Assembly: GCA_001600695.1 (NCBI GenBank)
Contig: BCKQ01000012.1
Location: forward strand, 513,139 to 577,138
Source: Ascoidea asiatica JCM 7603
Lineage: Eukaryota > Fungi > Ascomycota
DNA: 64,000 nt
Direction of reading: 5' to 3'
Part shown: positions 1 through 12,425 of the stretch, piece by piece
Position numbering within the stretch: position 1 is the first letter of the stretch
Layout: every line of letters begins with the position of its first letter
Program-made: the position numbers and the translations under genes
Notes under the pieces: model-generated
Databases searched by the model: none
What the model was told of the DNA's origin: nothing
The model's input: the letters and a program-made list of their open reading frames with translations, nothing else

Positions 1-1485
1 ACTTTTAATGCTCGATTCTTAAATAGATCGTCGTAATAGATTAAAATTTTGTTATCTTATTGAAGAGTTTTGAATATAACTGATCAATTTGAAGAAATAA
101 AAACTTGTTGTTGTTGAATTGATGTAAAAGTTTCTTGATTATTAATTAAATAATTCTTGGAATCTCATTGAGAAGATTCTCAATCATTAATATCAATTAT
201 TGTAGGCATTCTGAAAAGAATAATTTAACTTGATTGCATAATATATAATAATAAGGAAAATATATTTGAAAATATGTGAAATTCAGCTAAATTTGTACGG
301 ACCAAATTCTTGACAAATTGGCTTGAAAACTTGACTTATCAGCCCGATTTATTCAATTTTTTGAACGATATTTTTGTGAAAGACCTAATTGTTGGATTTT
401 TGGGCTGAAAACTTGACCAAGAAAGCAAAATTGCTGATTTTGGGGAGAAATTATGAAAAAATAAAATATGAATTAGAGAAAAGGTTTACTGGGAGGAGAT
501 CCATAAAACTGGGGTTGATTTGATAAAAAAACTAAAAAAAGTTAACGGATAGGGTAGGAAGGAATATATACCGAAATTGAAACTGGGGACGCAAAAATGA
601 CGAATGGAATTAGGTGATTTCAATTTAATTTCAATCGCTTCCTTACAACGGCAATATTTTATTTGCCCCTCGTGAAACGGAATTCAATTTATTAATATTT
701 CCCCAGTTTTTCTTTTCGGATATAAAGGGAGCCCACATTTCCCACATTCATTCCTGTTTCGAGTTAGAAGGAATTTGGGTCGCGAACAAAACCCGTTTCA
801 AAAGGTAGGGTGTGCTGTAAATTAATAATACCCATTTTCAAAAAAGGACACAAACCGATACATTTGAACAATCCTTAACAGTTGGTAACCTCAAGTACAT
901 ATTTAGACCGTTCTAAAATAAAAGCAAAAACCACGGGGTAAGGCGCTACACGTCTTACAGTACAAATCATTGAATTCATAATTCTGTCATCTACAATGAT
1001 GAGTTTTACTTTCAGTATGAAAATCATTTTCATTTTTCAAATAATTTTTATAATCTTTTTTAATACAGGATTAAATTAGAACCTAGATAGGTCACGCGTG
1101 TATTTATGTGGAATGGCGAAATTTGAAAAAAATTTGCTTTTCCACGATTTTCGAAATTTTGCCCAAATTTTTGCATTTGTTCCACATTTTGCATTTTCAA
1201 TTTTCTATCAATTTTTTTTCCAAAATTTGCTTCCAAAATTTGCTTTTTATCAAACTTTGCTTTTGTCAAGATTACAATCAATCACTTTATAAATTAAAAA
1301 TCCAATAATCTCAAATCCTCATTCAAATTAAAACGAAAACAAAATAATTGAACTGAGATAAAACAATGAAAACAAAACAACATATATCTTAATAGCTTTA
1401 TGAACAATATTATTTATCTATTAACATGGCGTTGGCTATTTTAAATTCTGTTGCGCGAAGTAGAAACATCACGTTTTTAATAAAA

Positions 1486-2709
1486 AAGAAATCCAAAATA
1501 TAATTCTAATAGTCAATCAAAGGACGATAATAATGGTGAAAAACCGTCTGTAATTGATTTAAAAGAAGTTTCAGGATTACCGCTAACGGCATTATTTGAT
1601 TTTGCCCAAACAACATTCGATGAGCATTCAGAAGAATTTTAAAGTACTTATGGAAGATTTTTCGAATCCTTTTATAAAGAAAATAAATTTTAGAGAACCA
1701 GACTTCATGGGGATACTACAGGATTTGAAGAACTGTTAGAAATGCTTGAAACACCAAAAACTTTCGAAAAAATATTGGGCTATCTTGATCATGACTCCAA
1801 TTGTAATGTAGTTATTAATGAAGAGATTGACTCTGAACATACAAACATCAAACATTTTCTAGATCATTTAGCTATTTGTGCGGGTACATCATGGTTGTTC
1901 TATTTTGATACTCCAAACAAAGTTTAATTGGTATCAAAGATCAGATGATCACCCTTTTTGAGGCTACCAAAATCATCACTGTTGAATCTATAGGTGAAAA
2001 CATTTCTTTTGAATCTAATATTTCATTGGAAAAACTATTGGTCACCATTCCTTATTATGATTTCATGTTAAATGCCTACTTAGGTTTATTAAATATTCAA
2101 CTACAAATTGTTAGTTGTACTGTATCTTACTGCAATTATGTTGAATCTAAATCATACTGCTTTAAGAAAAATTATTATGTCTATATTAGAGCTTTATTAC
2201 CCAATATCAAATTTTACTACATCATGCAAAATATCAAAGATCAAAAAGCTAAAGCTGCCAATCAATTCCAAGATTCCACGGCCTTCGATGATTCAGAAGA
2301 AACAAATTTTGATTCCAAGTTCATCTCAACTTTGGCATATGATAACTTATTTAATACTAATGAAGATCGTATGAGGTTAGTTAAACCCACTTCAATTACA
2401 CCCACTAACTTATTAAGTCACAAATTCATTAACTCCAAATTAAGATATTCTAAAAATAATAAATCTTCAGGTATTGAAATCTCTACTTTTGTCATTTCTC
2501 CATTCGATATGCATCATGTTATTATGGCTAATTTATTTGGTAACACGTTTACTTCTAACCGAAATGCCTCTGCCTATGTATGTCAGAAATATGAGTATAT
2601 CAATATTGATGCAATCTCTATGTGTTCTCTTATTTATTAACCATATCGTAATTCTTCAGATTATGATACTATTGCGGAAACTTATGCCTTAGAAGCTCGT
2701 TATATTTAG
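1486..2709 (+). pseudogene. Decayed gene of unknown function (fragments include ORFs 1742-1927 and 1945-2640)
   Basis: One frame reads through isolated stops from ~1486 (KRNPKY...LPLTALFDFAQ...EF*STYGRFF...KF*RTRLHGDTTGFEELLEMLETP) into ORF 1742-1927. It then shifts frame into a 231-aa ORF that continues past its stop (IY*PYRNSSDYDTIAETY). No family recognised. Confidence 0.5.
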
Positions 2710-4289
2710 TACTTCAGGCTCTTTCCTGTTTGGTGTTGTCTCTATTAATATACATATCCCCATCAATTCTCGGTTTTTATTTCAATCTGTTTTTTAAATT
2801 ATCACTTTTCATATAAAGAATCCATCGATCACATTTAAAATTATTATTTACAAACTTGTTAACTTTATCATTATTTTTACTACAAATTTATTTATCAAAC
2901 ATTATTAAAAATCATCCAAAAAAACATAAAAAATCAAATATCAAAAAATATCTTTCTTTCCATGATAATGTTCAACTCAACTACTTTGTAAATATCTAAC
3001 AACCATAAATTCGTTATTAGAAATCAACAAATAAATTACAATTTTCTCTCTACTTTTTTCTTAGTTTGTTTTACTCTCCCTGTTATTGTGAATTCATTAC
3101 ACATTTGCAGTTTATTATCTTTTCAATCCTTTCTCTAGTTTGCAACTCAATATTTTATAGTTTATAGCTTCTGTTTCAAATAATTAGTTATTTCAATAAG
3201 AATGATTTATAATAAATATATTGATTTTTTCAGATGAATTATTTATTTAGAAAGATCTGTTTATAGGTAGTGTCAACACTGGCATTACACGGGTTAACAA
3301 TAAGGGATAAGTATTGCCAACCATACCCCATAATTACTCAAATTCTATACTCCTCTACATAAATAGTGCCAACTAAATGAATGTGAAAACAAATGCGGAA
3401 AATTCAAAAACCTAGAAACAATTAACAATTTGCTTTAACATAAAAAATTTTTCAAACAAGCATATAACTAAACCTGTATGGATTGGTCTTAAATATAATT
3501 AACAGAAAAAGAAATATTATCCATCAACTAGGAAACTATTAGGTTAAAGATAATAAAATTACTAAATACCGAACCGCCATTCTGGGGCAAATAATGCCAA
3601 GCACTGGAAAATGTAATGCGTGTGTGCTTTAACGAAATATGTAGGGGCTGCTGTTTTCAATCACAGTATCATTCACATTATCTTTTAGTGCTTGTTTCCT
3701 TTTTACCCTTCCGTAAAACTAAACTACAGCAATATACTATTTATGCTTATATGAAAATCACGTTATTTTCAAATATGCTTTCAGGCCCTCTTGCTTCTTC
3801 CAAGCAAAATGCTCTACTGCTGGAACGGTTTAATGTTTTTATAATTAACCCCGTGGCGAAATGGCATATGTTCTATTAGGAAACAAAAGCAACAAGGTCA
3901 TCCAGCTAACAAACACTCATGGTGCTGAAAATGAAATGATCATGATGGATATACCTTAGCCTGATCTGCAAATAACCATAAACATAGGTTTGTCAAAGTA
4001 GGTGCTTAGTATCCTGAAAGAAACTCAACCATTGATATGGGTTCTTCTCTTAAATATGTTCAAACGCTGCGTCATAATCATGACATTCTGGCCACTTATA
4101 ATAATTTTGCTGTAAGTGGATCTAATGAATTATAGTAGGGGAGGTAGCCAAAGGATATAAACAGCTCAAAAGTAAAAAACCATAACAAATAGATTAGTTG
4201 ATTCATATGGAACTTTAGCAGCAGACAAGATCTGTAGTGGTTGAAGCGCTACCGTATTCTAAAGTTTAATCAAAAATTAAAGTAGCCCC

Positions 4290-5445
4290 ATGGTCCCCTC
4301 ACAAACCGTTGCTGCGGATATGGATTTACCCGTTGTTCTCTTTGAGATTTCGGAAAAAAAGTTTTGGTCACTTGTCGGAGTTACCATGATTTTCTTTGTA
4401 AAATCTGTTTTGGCTGGATTTTTTGACACTGCGTTGCTTATCATGGACGCCACCCACTGCACAAATCGGGTGTTTTCTTTTATTTAAAATTTCCTTTAAT
4501 GATAAGAGTTATATTGTCACACCACATGCTCATTTTAGTGTAAAAAGTGAAAATAATATTGACACTAAAACTTGTTTAGGCGAATTAGAAAGGCTTAGTG
4601 CTCGAATTTTTCGTTCGCAGTATGTTATTACGAATACCGGTGCGGTGTAAAGAAAAGCGTTAAACATGTTTTGGCCTAGCAGTAAGTTTTACTTTTGTGG
4701 CTGGCATGTGGAAGAGTTCTGGCAAGGAAAAGTTCAAAGGTACCCGTCAGGTGGTTTAGTTAAACTCCTTGTTAAAGCAAAATGTGTGCAGAGACTTGGG
4801 AACATGCAATTGGATATGGAGGCTAATCACCGAAGCTAGTTGTATTGGGTTAGTTGCAATTGAAAATTATGTTAGGACTTAGGTAACATCTCTTCAATTT
4901 TGGTCTGTGGCGTATAGAAGATAAAGTAAATACCTTCTTCAAATATTGTCCACTTAACTTGCAGAAAGTACGCACTCCCAGCTCAAAAGTGTTTTTTGAT
5001 GGAGGTATTGTAACAACGGACTCCATTGAACTATCGGTTACAAAATTATAAAAAAAGCACCTGACCATTGATGAAAGAGAAAAGAAGGCTGCACATGATC
5101 AAAGTTACAAAGTAAATTATGGAACAAAAAAATGGCCCGACATTCAAGGGTTTTCGACGGTTTTTCAAAACAAAATGGGGCTGGAGATTATGCATGGTGA
5201 GGGTAACATGGAGCGGGAAGTGTCAGATAGGATTAGCCCAGCCACATTTTCTAATGAATGTAACGTTTTTCAGGCGTATGATCTACCCTAGAGACAGATA
5301 TGTTTTGCAGATATTTTAAAAGGTTATGATTCCTTGAATTTTTCTCAAATTCGCAATATTTTCTGTAATTTAGTGGTGGAAGCCTATCAACTTTTGACCC
5401 GAGGATTATAAATGTTTCCGAGCATACTGTAAACATTGCGTTTAA
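4290..5445 (+). mobile_element. Mutator-like (MULE) DDE transposase pseudogene with C-terminal SWIM-like motif
   Basis: MULE motifs in the expected order: LIMDATHCTNR (first D, 4446), VITNTGAV*EKALNMFWP (decayed second-D region), FCGWHV (CxxH, 4696-4707), TTDSIE (~5012), FRAYCKH (SWIM end, ~5416-5436). Stops and frameshifts throughout; TIRs not found. Confidence 0.8.
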
Positions 5446-5619
5446 TCGGGATATTATTGAGTACTGTTGACAGAGATGGTTTTTCGATTATTTCTGACCT
5501 CAGTAACTAAAGTAGTCAATTAGAGTAATCTTTAAAAAATTTCATTCTATTTTTACTAAAAAGTTACCTTCTTTTTTATTTTTTTGTTTACTTATTTTTT
5601 ATTTCTTTATTATTTTTTT

Positions 5620-5820
5620 TGATACATATTTGTATCATTTTTATATCGGATAATGCTTCCGTGTATCACTTTTTTTTTTTTGATACACATTTGAACCAAA
5701 TTTATATCGGATATTAATTCTGTGTTTCATTTATTATTTCCTGATACATATTGTTATCAATATCCTATCGGTTTACATTTCCTATCTCCTATTTACTCTC
5801 TTGATACAGTGTTGTATCAT
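5620..5820. repeat. Tandem array of four ~61-bp units, each starting with an 18-bp palindrome TGATACA-N4-TGTATCA
   Basis: tgatacatatttgtatca (5620), tgatacacatttgaacca (5681), tgatacatattgttatca (5742), tgatacagtgttgtatca (5802). The first three are followed by tatcgg. Period 61/61/60. Confidence 0.85.
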
Positions 5821-5859
5821 TTTTATTTTTATTCTTTTAAATTTTATTATTATTATCAA

Positions 5860-6864
5860 ATGAATTTCAAAATGTCAATGAATGGAACTATGACATTACC
5901 AACTTCAGCGTTTGTTATTCAAGTATGGAAAGAAGTTCCTAAAATACTCAAATATTATTCCGAAAACTCAAATTTACATTTTTTTCTTGATGAGACTTCA
6001 ATTAAAAGCTTATCTCCTTCTATTCAAACCTTATTTCTTAATCTAGTTAACGCAAGCGGCAAACATTTCCCTATCACTTTTTATTTTGTCAAGGCGGCAT
6101 TATTAATTTCATATAAAGATAGTACCCTTTCATATATGGCAGAAAATCAAATTCTATTAAACTATTTAAATTATATTCTTAGACTAAATCATTTTGATCC
6201 CTCTAAAATTGAAATTATTAAACCTAACAGTTTCAATTCGACTATTAATTTACCTTTGGATAGTCATGTTCAATCAACAAAGTTTATTTTTATTTTACAT
6301 TCAATTTTATTTCCAACCAATCAAAATCAATTAAATTATCAAAAAGAAATTTCCGGAATTATTTGTGATATCATCCTACCACCACATAAATATCACTTAC
6401 TTAATCAAACATACATTCAACTTATCATTGCGATCATCATCAAAAACTCAATAATCTTGAAACCGGAACAATGGAACTAGAAATTATTACTCAAAAATTT
6501 ATTACGTCATCAAATTATAATATTGTCAAAAATGAACTTCCCGGAGAAATCAGATCCCTTAACCGTCTTACAGGCTTTAGATTATACAAAAATACAAATA
6601 ATAAAATTTACTATAGGAAAGCCAAATCCGAAATAGGAAAAATTGTAATTGATTGTTCCAACAAATTACACTGATAATGTTTTACACATTTTCCGTGTTG
6701 AATTCAATGGACAGGTTCTATCCAAAATTGAATTATGGAACAAAAATAAAGGTAAGTCTCATAATATTACCAAACCAATGTTTGAAAAGATATTTTCTAA
6801 ATTTCATTTAGTAATTGCCGCTTCATCAGACACTGATTCTCATGATCTTATTATGCTAAATTAA
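5860..6864 (+). pseudogene. Frameshifted gene of unknown function (ORFs 5722-6480, 6471-6674, 6649-6864)
   Basis: Three overlapping same-strand ORFs joined by frameshifts, ~330 aa in total from the first ATG at 5860. The upstream part of the 252-aa ORF is only the repeat array. No family recognised. Confidence 0.5.
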
Positions 6865-6899
6865 CTCGATTTTCTATTTTTTTTTACTTATTTTTTTAT

Positions 6900-6965
6900 T
6901 TATTGCTATTTTTTACTATTTATTACTATTTATTACTATCTATTACTATTTATTACTATATACTA
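6900..6965. repeat. 10-bp minisatellite (TATTACTATT)n, ~6 copies
   Basis: tattgctatt ttttactatt tattactatt tattactatc tattactatt tattactata. Confidence 0.85.
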
Positions 6966-8818
6966 CATTGTTTTTTATATAAATAATCCCCAAATATATT
7001 CTTTTTATTTCAACTTTTATTTTATTTTTTTATCTTCACCAATTCTTTATTCTTAATAATTATTAATTTTTTTTAAAAGTCAAAAATCTGTAGTTGTATC
7101 TTTATTAGTATACAGTACAGCGAAACTCTAGAAAACTGCCATCAATTATTTTAAAATTTTCACAACGAGTTGGACTACGCTCAATGTCAAGAGTTAAATT
7201 CAAGTACGCAAGATTTAATGAAAGAATTTTTGTGGCGATAGTGGTTTTATAGTTTTAATAAATATAGTCTCCTTGAACATTTTGGGAAAGTGATTGGCTG
7301 AAAGCTGATCACACCTCAATCATTAATTATGTTAGAATTTTGAACCCTTACTAATACAACCTTGAAGTCTAGCCTTTCTCGCGCAGGTTGAGGAGTTCCA
7401 AAAATTAGATTTTTGAATTTTTGTTGGTATCATCTTACACCACCTGTATATTGGATTCCTTTCTTACTATTGCATTGGGCTGGTATGAAAGGCCGCTGTC
7501 GCGGTATCACAACGAACATGTTCACGCCAGAGGCAAAACAGTTGTTTGACAATAAAAAATAATCGAAATTACGTCTTATACCTGCCAAAATCGCCCACAT
7601 GGTGGACCAATCGCGAGACCCTACGGATCAGGGGATTAACGACTAGCTATTGCACAAAGTAAGCTTCTTACTTGAAGTTTTGATATTTTTCTGAATGATG
7701 CTGTGACTCAATGTCCATTATGCTTTTTGGCAGATGCCATAGCTCACCTTTTTTCCCTGTAATGCTAGTTGTATTCCAATCAAATTTCAAAAAAAGTTAA
7801 TCAAAGAAATATACTTCATTCACAATTTGAATCAATTGATGATCCAACGTCAGTTGATGCAAATAATGTTTTACTGCAATTTATGGAGTGGAACGTGTTA
7901 GAAAGCAACGTTGCTATCCTTTTTTGTTGGAAGTTTTGGCTCAGCCAATGGAAAGGCTTGTGCTTTTGTTTGATTGCCACAATTGAATATTGTTAATATC
8001 AAAGGCAAATCCTCTTCTTTCTGAACAACAATTTTTACAACATATATGTTTCTATGAGGATTAATGCTTATATCTATTATCTGTCTATTCCACTATTTTA
8101 AATGCTATCTATTTATTATAAATGATATATAAGGAGGCTGTTTTCCCCTATTCTTTTATTTGATTTTATTTTCCCCTTTTTCTGATTTGATCGATTAAGT
8201 ATATATAAATTTACATATATATTAAAGTATAATATACATAATTCTATTTTTTCAAGAAATTATCTTTATTAAAATATAATAATAATATATAAAAATATCG
8301 CTAGCTGATCACCAGTCATTCAATTATAAATAAATTACTATCTTAAATATATTATCTATATTTATATTGATCCACAATTATTAAATCAGTATTCAATAAT
8401 ATCTATCAATTACAGATATTATTTCAGTCTTAAAACATTACACCATTAAGTAAAGTAGTCAAAAGCCTAAGAGCGATTAATCCCATCTTATCAGAACGTA
8501 GGTTTTGATTATGGTTTGGTTAGATATGAAAGAATTGCTTTGCATAAAATTAAGTGATTAAGAAATTTTTTTATATTATTATCTAAAAATAATTTGTAGT
8601 TGTACTGATTTAATTTATATGGTTTATCTTAATATATATATCATTTAATAACCGATTTTTTCATTATGTTTGAAGTTGAGGTTAATTTAATGTGTAATTA
8701 ACGTAGATAAAATATGAATAACTGTCATTATATAATATGTATCAATATATATTGTATTTATTACATCTATGCTCCTTTTGTTTTGCTATATCAGCATCTA
8801 ACTCTATTAAAACAAAGA

Positions 8819-10010
8819 TCACACGCTAATCGCTTCTGGATTGATTAGCATAACAACATTCGAATAAACCAAAAAATCTAGAGATGAAAAATTTTGACAT
8901 ATTGAATACTTGGATATTGCAATTTCTAATGTAGGATTCTGAGATATTTCTTTTGATTCTTGATTATTAAAAATATTTTTAGTTATTAATATATCTTTTC
9001 GCTTATTATAAAAACCAGGATTTCCACCTCTAACTTGAATTAGACTGGATCTAAGAGAACTTATCAAATATTGATTATTATTTCCATCAATAACATGTAA
9101 TGCAATAACAATATAATAAAACGGTTGAAACATTCAACATCTACCATTATCTGGGGTTGCAATTTTAAAATTGAATTTTTCTTAATAAAAATATTAATTT
9201 ATTTTATCTTTGCTAAATCACTAGAAAAAAAATCAAATGTAGATGAATTTAATTGAATTGATGTAGTAGATGTTTTTTGATAATTTCCTTATTTCTTTAT
9301 GTTCACTAGAATTATCATTATTACAATGACCTTTATGACTATTATATTGAATATTACAATCTTTATTAGACTCTTTACTTGATGTTTCATCAAATATTAG
9401 TAAAACTAGTATATCATTAGAAAAATTAGTTGCTGCGTAGAGAGCTAATCTGAAAGATTTAAATTTATTTTCAATTTTTCTTCTTTTTGTAACATTTCCG
9501 ACTTGATTGAGGTTGGCTTTTTCCATTTCAATTTCCTTTCCCATTTTTATTTTTATTTTTATTTTGATTCTCATAATTCTAATCATAATCATAGTTTCTA
9601 GAATTAAACATACTGAAGTTAAAATTTAATTTTTCAATTCTAGAAATGAATTTTATTTTAGAAAGTTTTTCACAGCTTGAGGATTTTGTTATATGAATAA
9701 AATTTCTTCTATATCAAGATATGGATGTTTTCTTTTTTATGTTTTGAACTTGCGTCCAAATTCGGATCTAGTTTTTTATTGAGTATATTATTTTTTATAT
9801 ATATATCACTTGATAAAGTATAAAAAGATTTACCATCAATTTCTCCCTTTACTTTGAATTTCATCTATTCAGTTTTAGCCATTAAGAATCGGAGTCTATT
9901 ATGCAGGTCAAATATTGATTCAATTTGAGTATTATTAGATATTATACATTCATTTCTAGCGTTTTAATCTCCATTAGGTGCATAAGGCTTATAAGTCTCA
10001 TTTGAAATTA
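8819..10010 (-). pseudogene. NDT80-like: NDT80/PhoG-family transcription factor pseudogene
   Basis: Minus-strand motifs in the correct order: KGR/IDG (~9850-9833, cf. ARIDRGF), S*YRRNFIH (9716-9693, cf. TCYRRNY), FRLALYAAT (ORF 9233-9592), RKIQF/KIATPDNGR (~9185-9140, cf. QFxxATxNNG), FQPFYYIVIAL and SSLIQVRGGNPGFY (ORF 8819-9133, cf. SxPIxVRGRNPxFY). Contains in-frame stops and frameshifts. Confidence 0.8.
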
Positions 10011-11385
10011 ATTTGAAATTCTTAAATATTAAAAAGAATGAAAAGTTATTAGGAAATGAATTGATCTTAAAACTATTTTTGTATTTTGAATTAAATAATC
10101 TTTTTGATTGATGGTACTTAATATTCGAACTTAAATATTTCCGTAGATATTCATTTTTAGTCACCGTGTTTGGTACTTCAATTTACATTATTTGAATTAA
10201 GGATTTTCTTTCTTTATTTTTAAAAATGAGATTTGCAGATAACATTAAAATACCATTAAGATTTGCTAATTCTATTGAAATGTTTTCACTGGTTTTAGTT
10301 TTTTCACTCTTTCATTTAATTTATTAATTTTGTTTTAATTTCTATGTAATCACTCTTGCGGAAATTTGATTTGGATGCTTTAATGTTTGAATAAATTCTA
10401 TTTTCTGAGTTTGTTAAAGTTGATTAACTTGTAAATGTTTCCTTAAATTTAAAATTTGTACAGTCCTTTTAAAATGATTTGGCTCGCAAAAATGTAATTC
10501 AATTTCATGAATGCAATTTGATCCGAAATTTCAATAATAATATAATGTCATTTTTATTGAAGAATGCGTTAAATTTATTAGATGTTGAATTAATATGGCT
10601 ATTGAATCAGTAGATTTATTTTATTTTTTAGTTGATTTATTAATGACAAAGCAAAAGAAAGTAAACAATTGATTATTGAAAAATTTGATGTTGGGAAACT
10701 GTTTATTTTAGTGACCCAATGTTAATTTTTACAAATTTCGTCCCGAGCCATTTTTTTAAGCCTCAAATTCGGAGTTTTTAATGGTGTTTGGGGGGGGGGG
10801 TGATGATAATTGGCATTACAATATGCTCAGTCTTCTGTCAGGTGCCTTAAAATATATATTCGTTCCATTCATGTTTTTTACAGAACGACAAATCTGGCAG
10901 TATATAGCGGGCCTGTACTCTAAATAGTGTTTTAAATTATCCGAAGTGGGGGATTCTGGGTCATAAACCGTTATCCGTGTTCTGAATTGTGCCAGTTGTT
11001 CAATATGTAAGAAGTATTTTCGCACATAAATATATGTGATATTGAAGAAGAGCTAACTAACTAGGTTCAATTCATCAAAGTACGTATTAAATACAGATTA
11101 TATATATATCTATATTAATTCTACTAAATATGACAAATATAGTAATATAATATGGAACAATCTATTCCTCATTTCACAGAAGAAAGTACTTCTCTTCCAG
11201 CAGTAAATACTACCAGTTTGCGAGACCGGACCATGGAAGATCTAAATGTGTCAGGTGGTAATATTGCCCTGAGCCTTCCAGAAAACAGTAACCTCACAAA
11301 GTTAAGAATAGTTAGGAAACATTTCACGTGTTCAAATTGCTTTTCCAAGACACGATTCCAGCGAGCGCGGTTCTTTATTGATGAT

Positions 11386-11853
11386 TGTATGTCTGAATTT
11401 TCTAATTATTACGAAAAAATATCTAATTCAAAGTATAGAAAATTGTTAATCAAAATATAAAATATAAGACAATTATGCAAAGCATACCGAACGTTACCGT
11501 CCTAACTATAATGGTGAACCATATTAGCGTGTAGCCCATGTTTAAAATAAATTTGTACAACTGGTATGTGCAAGTTCACTTTCCATGTATAAGAGAAACA
11601 ACAGAAACGAATTTTACTAAACAAACCTCAACGTCATTGTTATAACAAACAAGCAGCATCCGGTATATTCGAGATTCCTACTTAAAGTTAATTAAAGATT
11701 AGATAATGCACACGGGGCTCTTGTTGGAACAATGCATATGCGAATAGTATTGCTAGGCACTTACGAGAGCTGAGACATAGAAATATCTATGTAATATTAT
11801 TAAGTCTAAGCATAGCGTACCCAATTTGACTATAATGGTAAGAATCAACTACA
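11386..11853. mobile_element. Solo LTR-like repeat, family A copy 1
   Basis: Collinear with 17944-18425 over ~470 bp (shared blocks tctaattattac, aattgttaat.aaaatat, aataaatttgta, aagttcactt.ccat, aagtctaag.atagc). Termini TGTA...TACA. Boundaries approximate. Confidence 0.65.
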
Positions 11854-12425
11854 AAGAATAAATATCAGTGACGTAAAGCCAATCTCGTACCTGGTCGCCG
11901 GCGCGGAAAAAACGTTCTCCATATGGTATTCCAAAATAAAACATATAAACGTTGTCTGAAGGTCTAGTCGTTCGCACTTTTGGAGGTGGCACGATGGAAT
12001 GCATGGAAACAGCATCAATTTCGATGACTCTAGCAAAAGGATAATTAACCCCTAATCCAAGTTTCCTTCAGTGGCGTGGGATGATCGTTCACGCCACATG
12101 ACATCCCTGAATTCCCCACAAGACAGTGCTAAATAAATGAGTTGTAAAATTGTAAACTTATGTTACCTCTGAATAGACTTATGCCAACGCTTAGCAAGCT
12201 ATGGGGTTAATTACCAAATAAAATTAACTCTATTATAATTTTAAATACCATATCAAGTGGACAACAATTAATTTATAAAAAGCAAGCTTAATAAGGCTCA
12301 CAATTCCCAAAAGGTCAGTAGTTTATAAAAAGTATGAATACTCAATTCATGTATGACTATAAACTTAGTAATAAAAATATAGAAAACTATTTATAAACAC
12401 CCGCCTAGCACTAGTGTCAATTAAA

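Noticed and set aside
5620-5820. 61-bp periodic palindromic repeats as a CRISPR array
   Set aside because: Eukaryotic context, degenerate repeats, T-rich linkers that resemble each other, and no cas genes.
7400-8000. Minus-strand TLFASTDVGSSID as a RecQ/DEAD helicase motif V
   Set aside because: A single weak motif with no Walker A/B or motif VI found.
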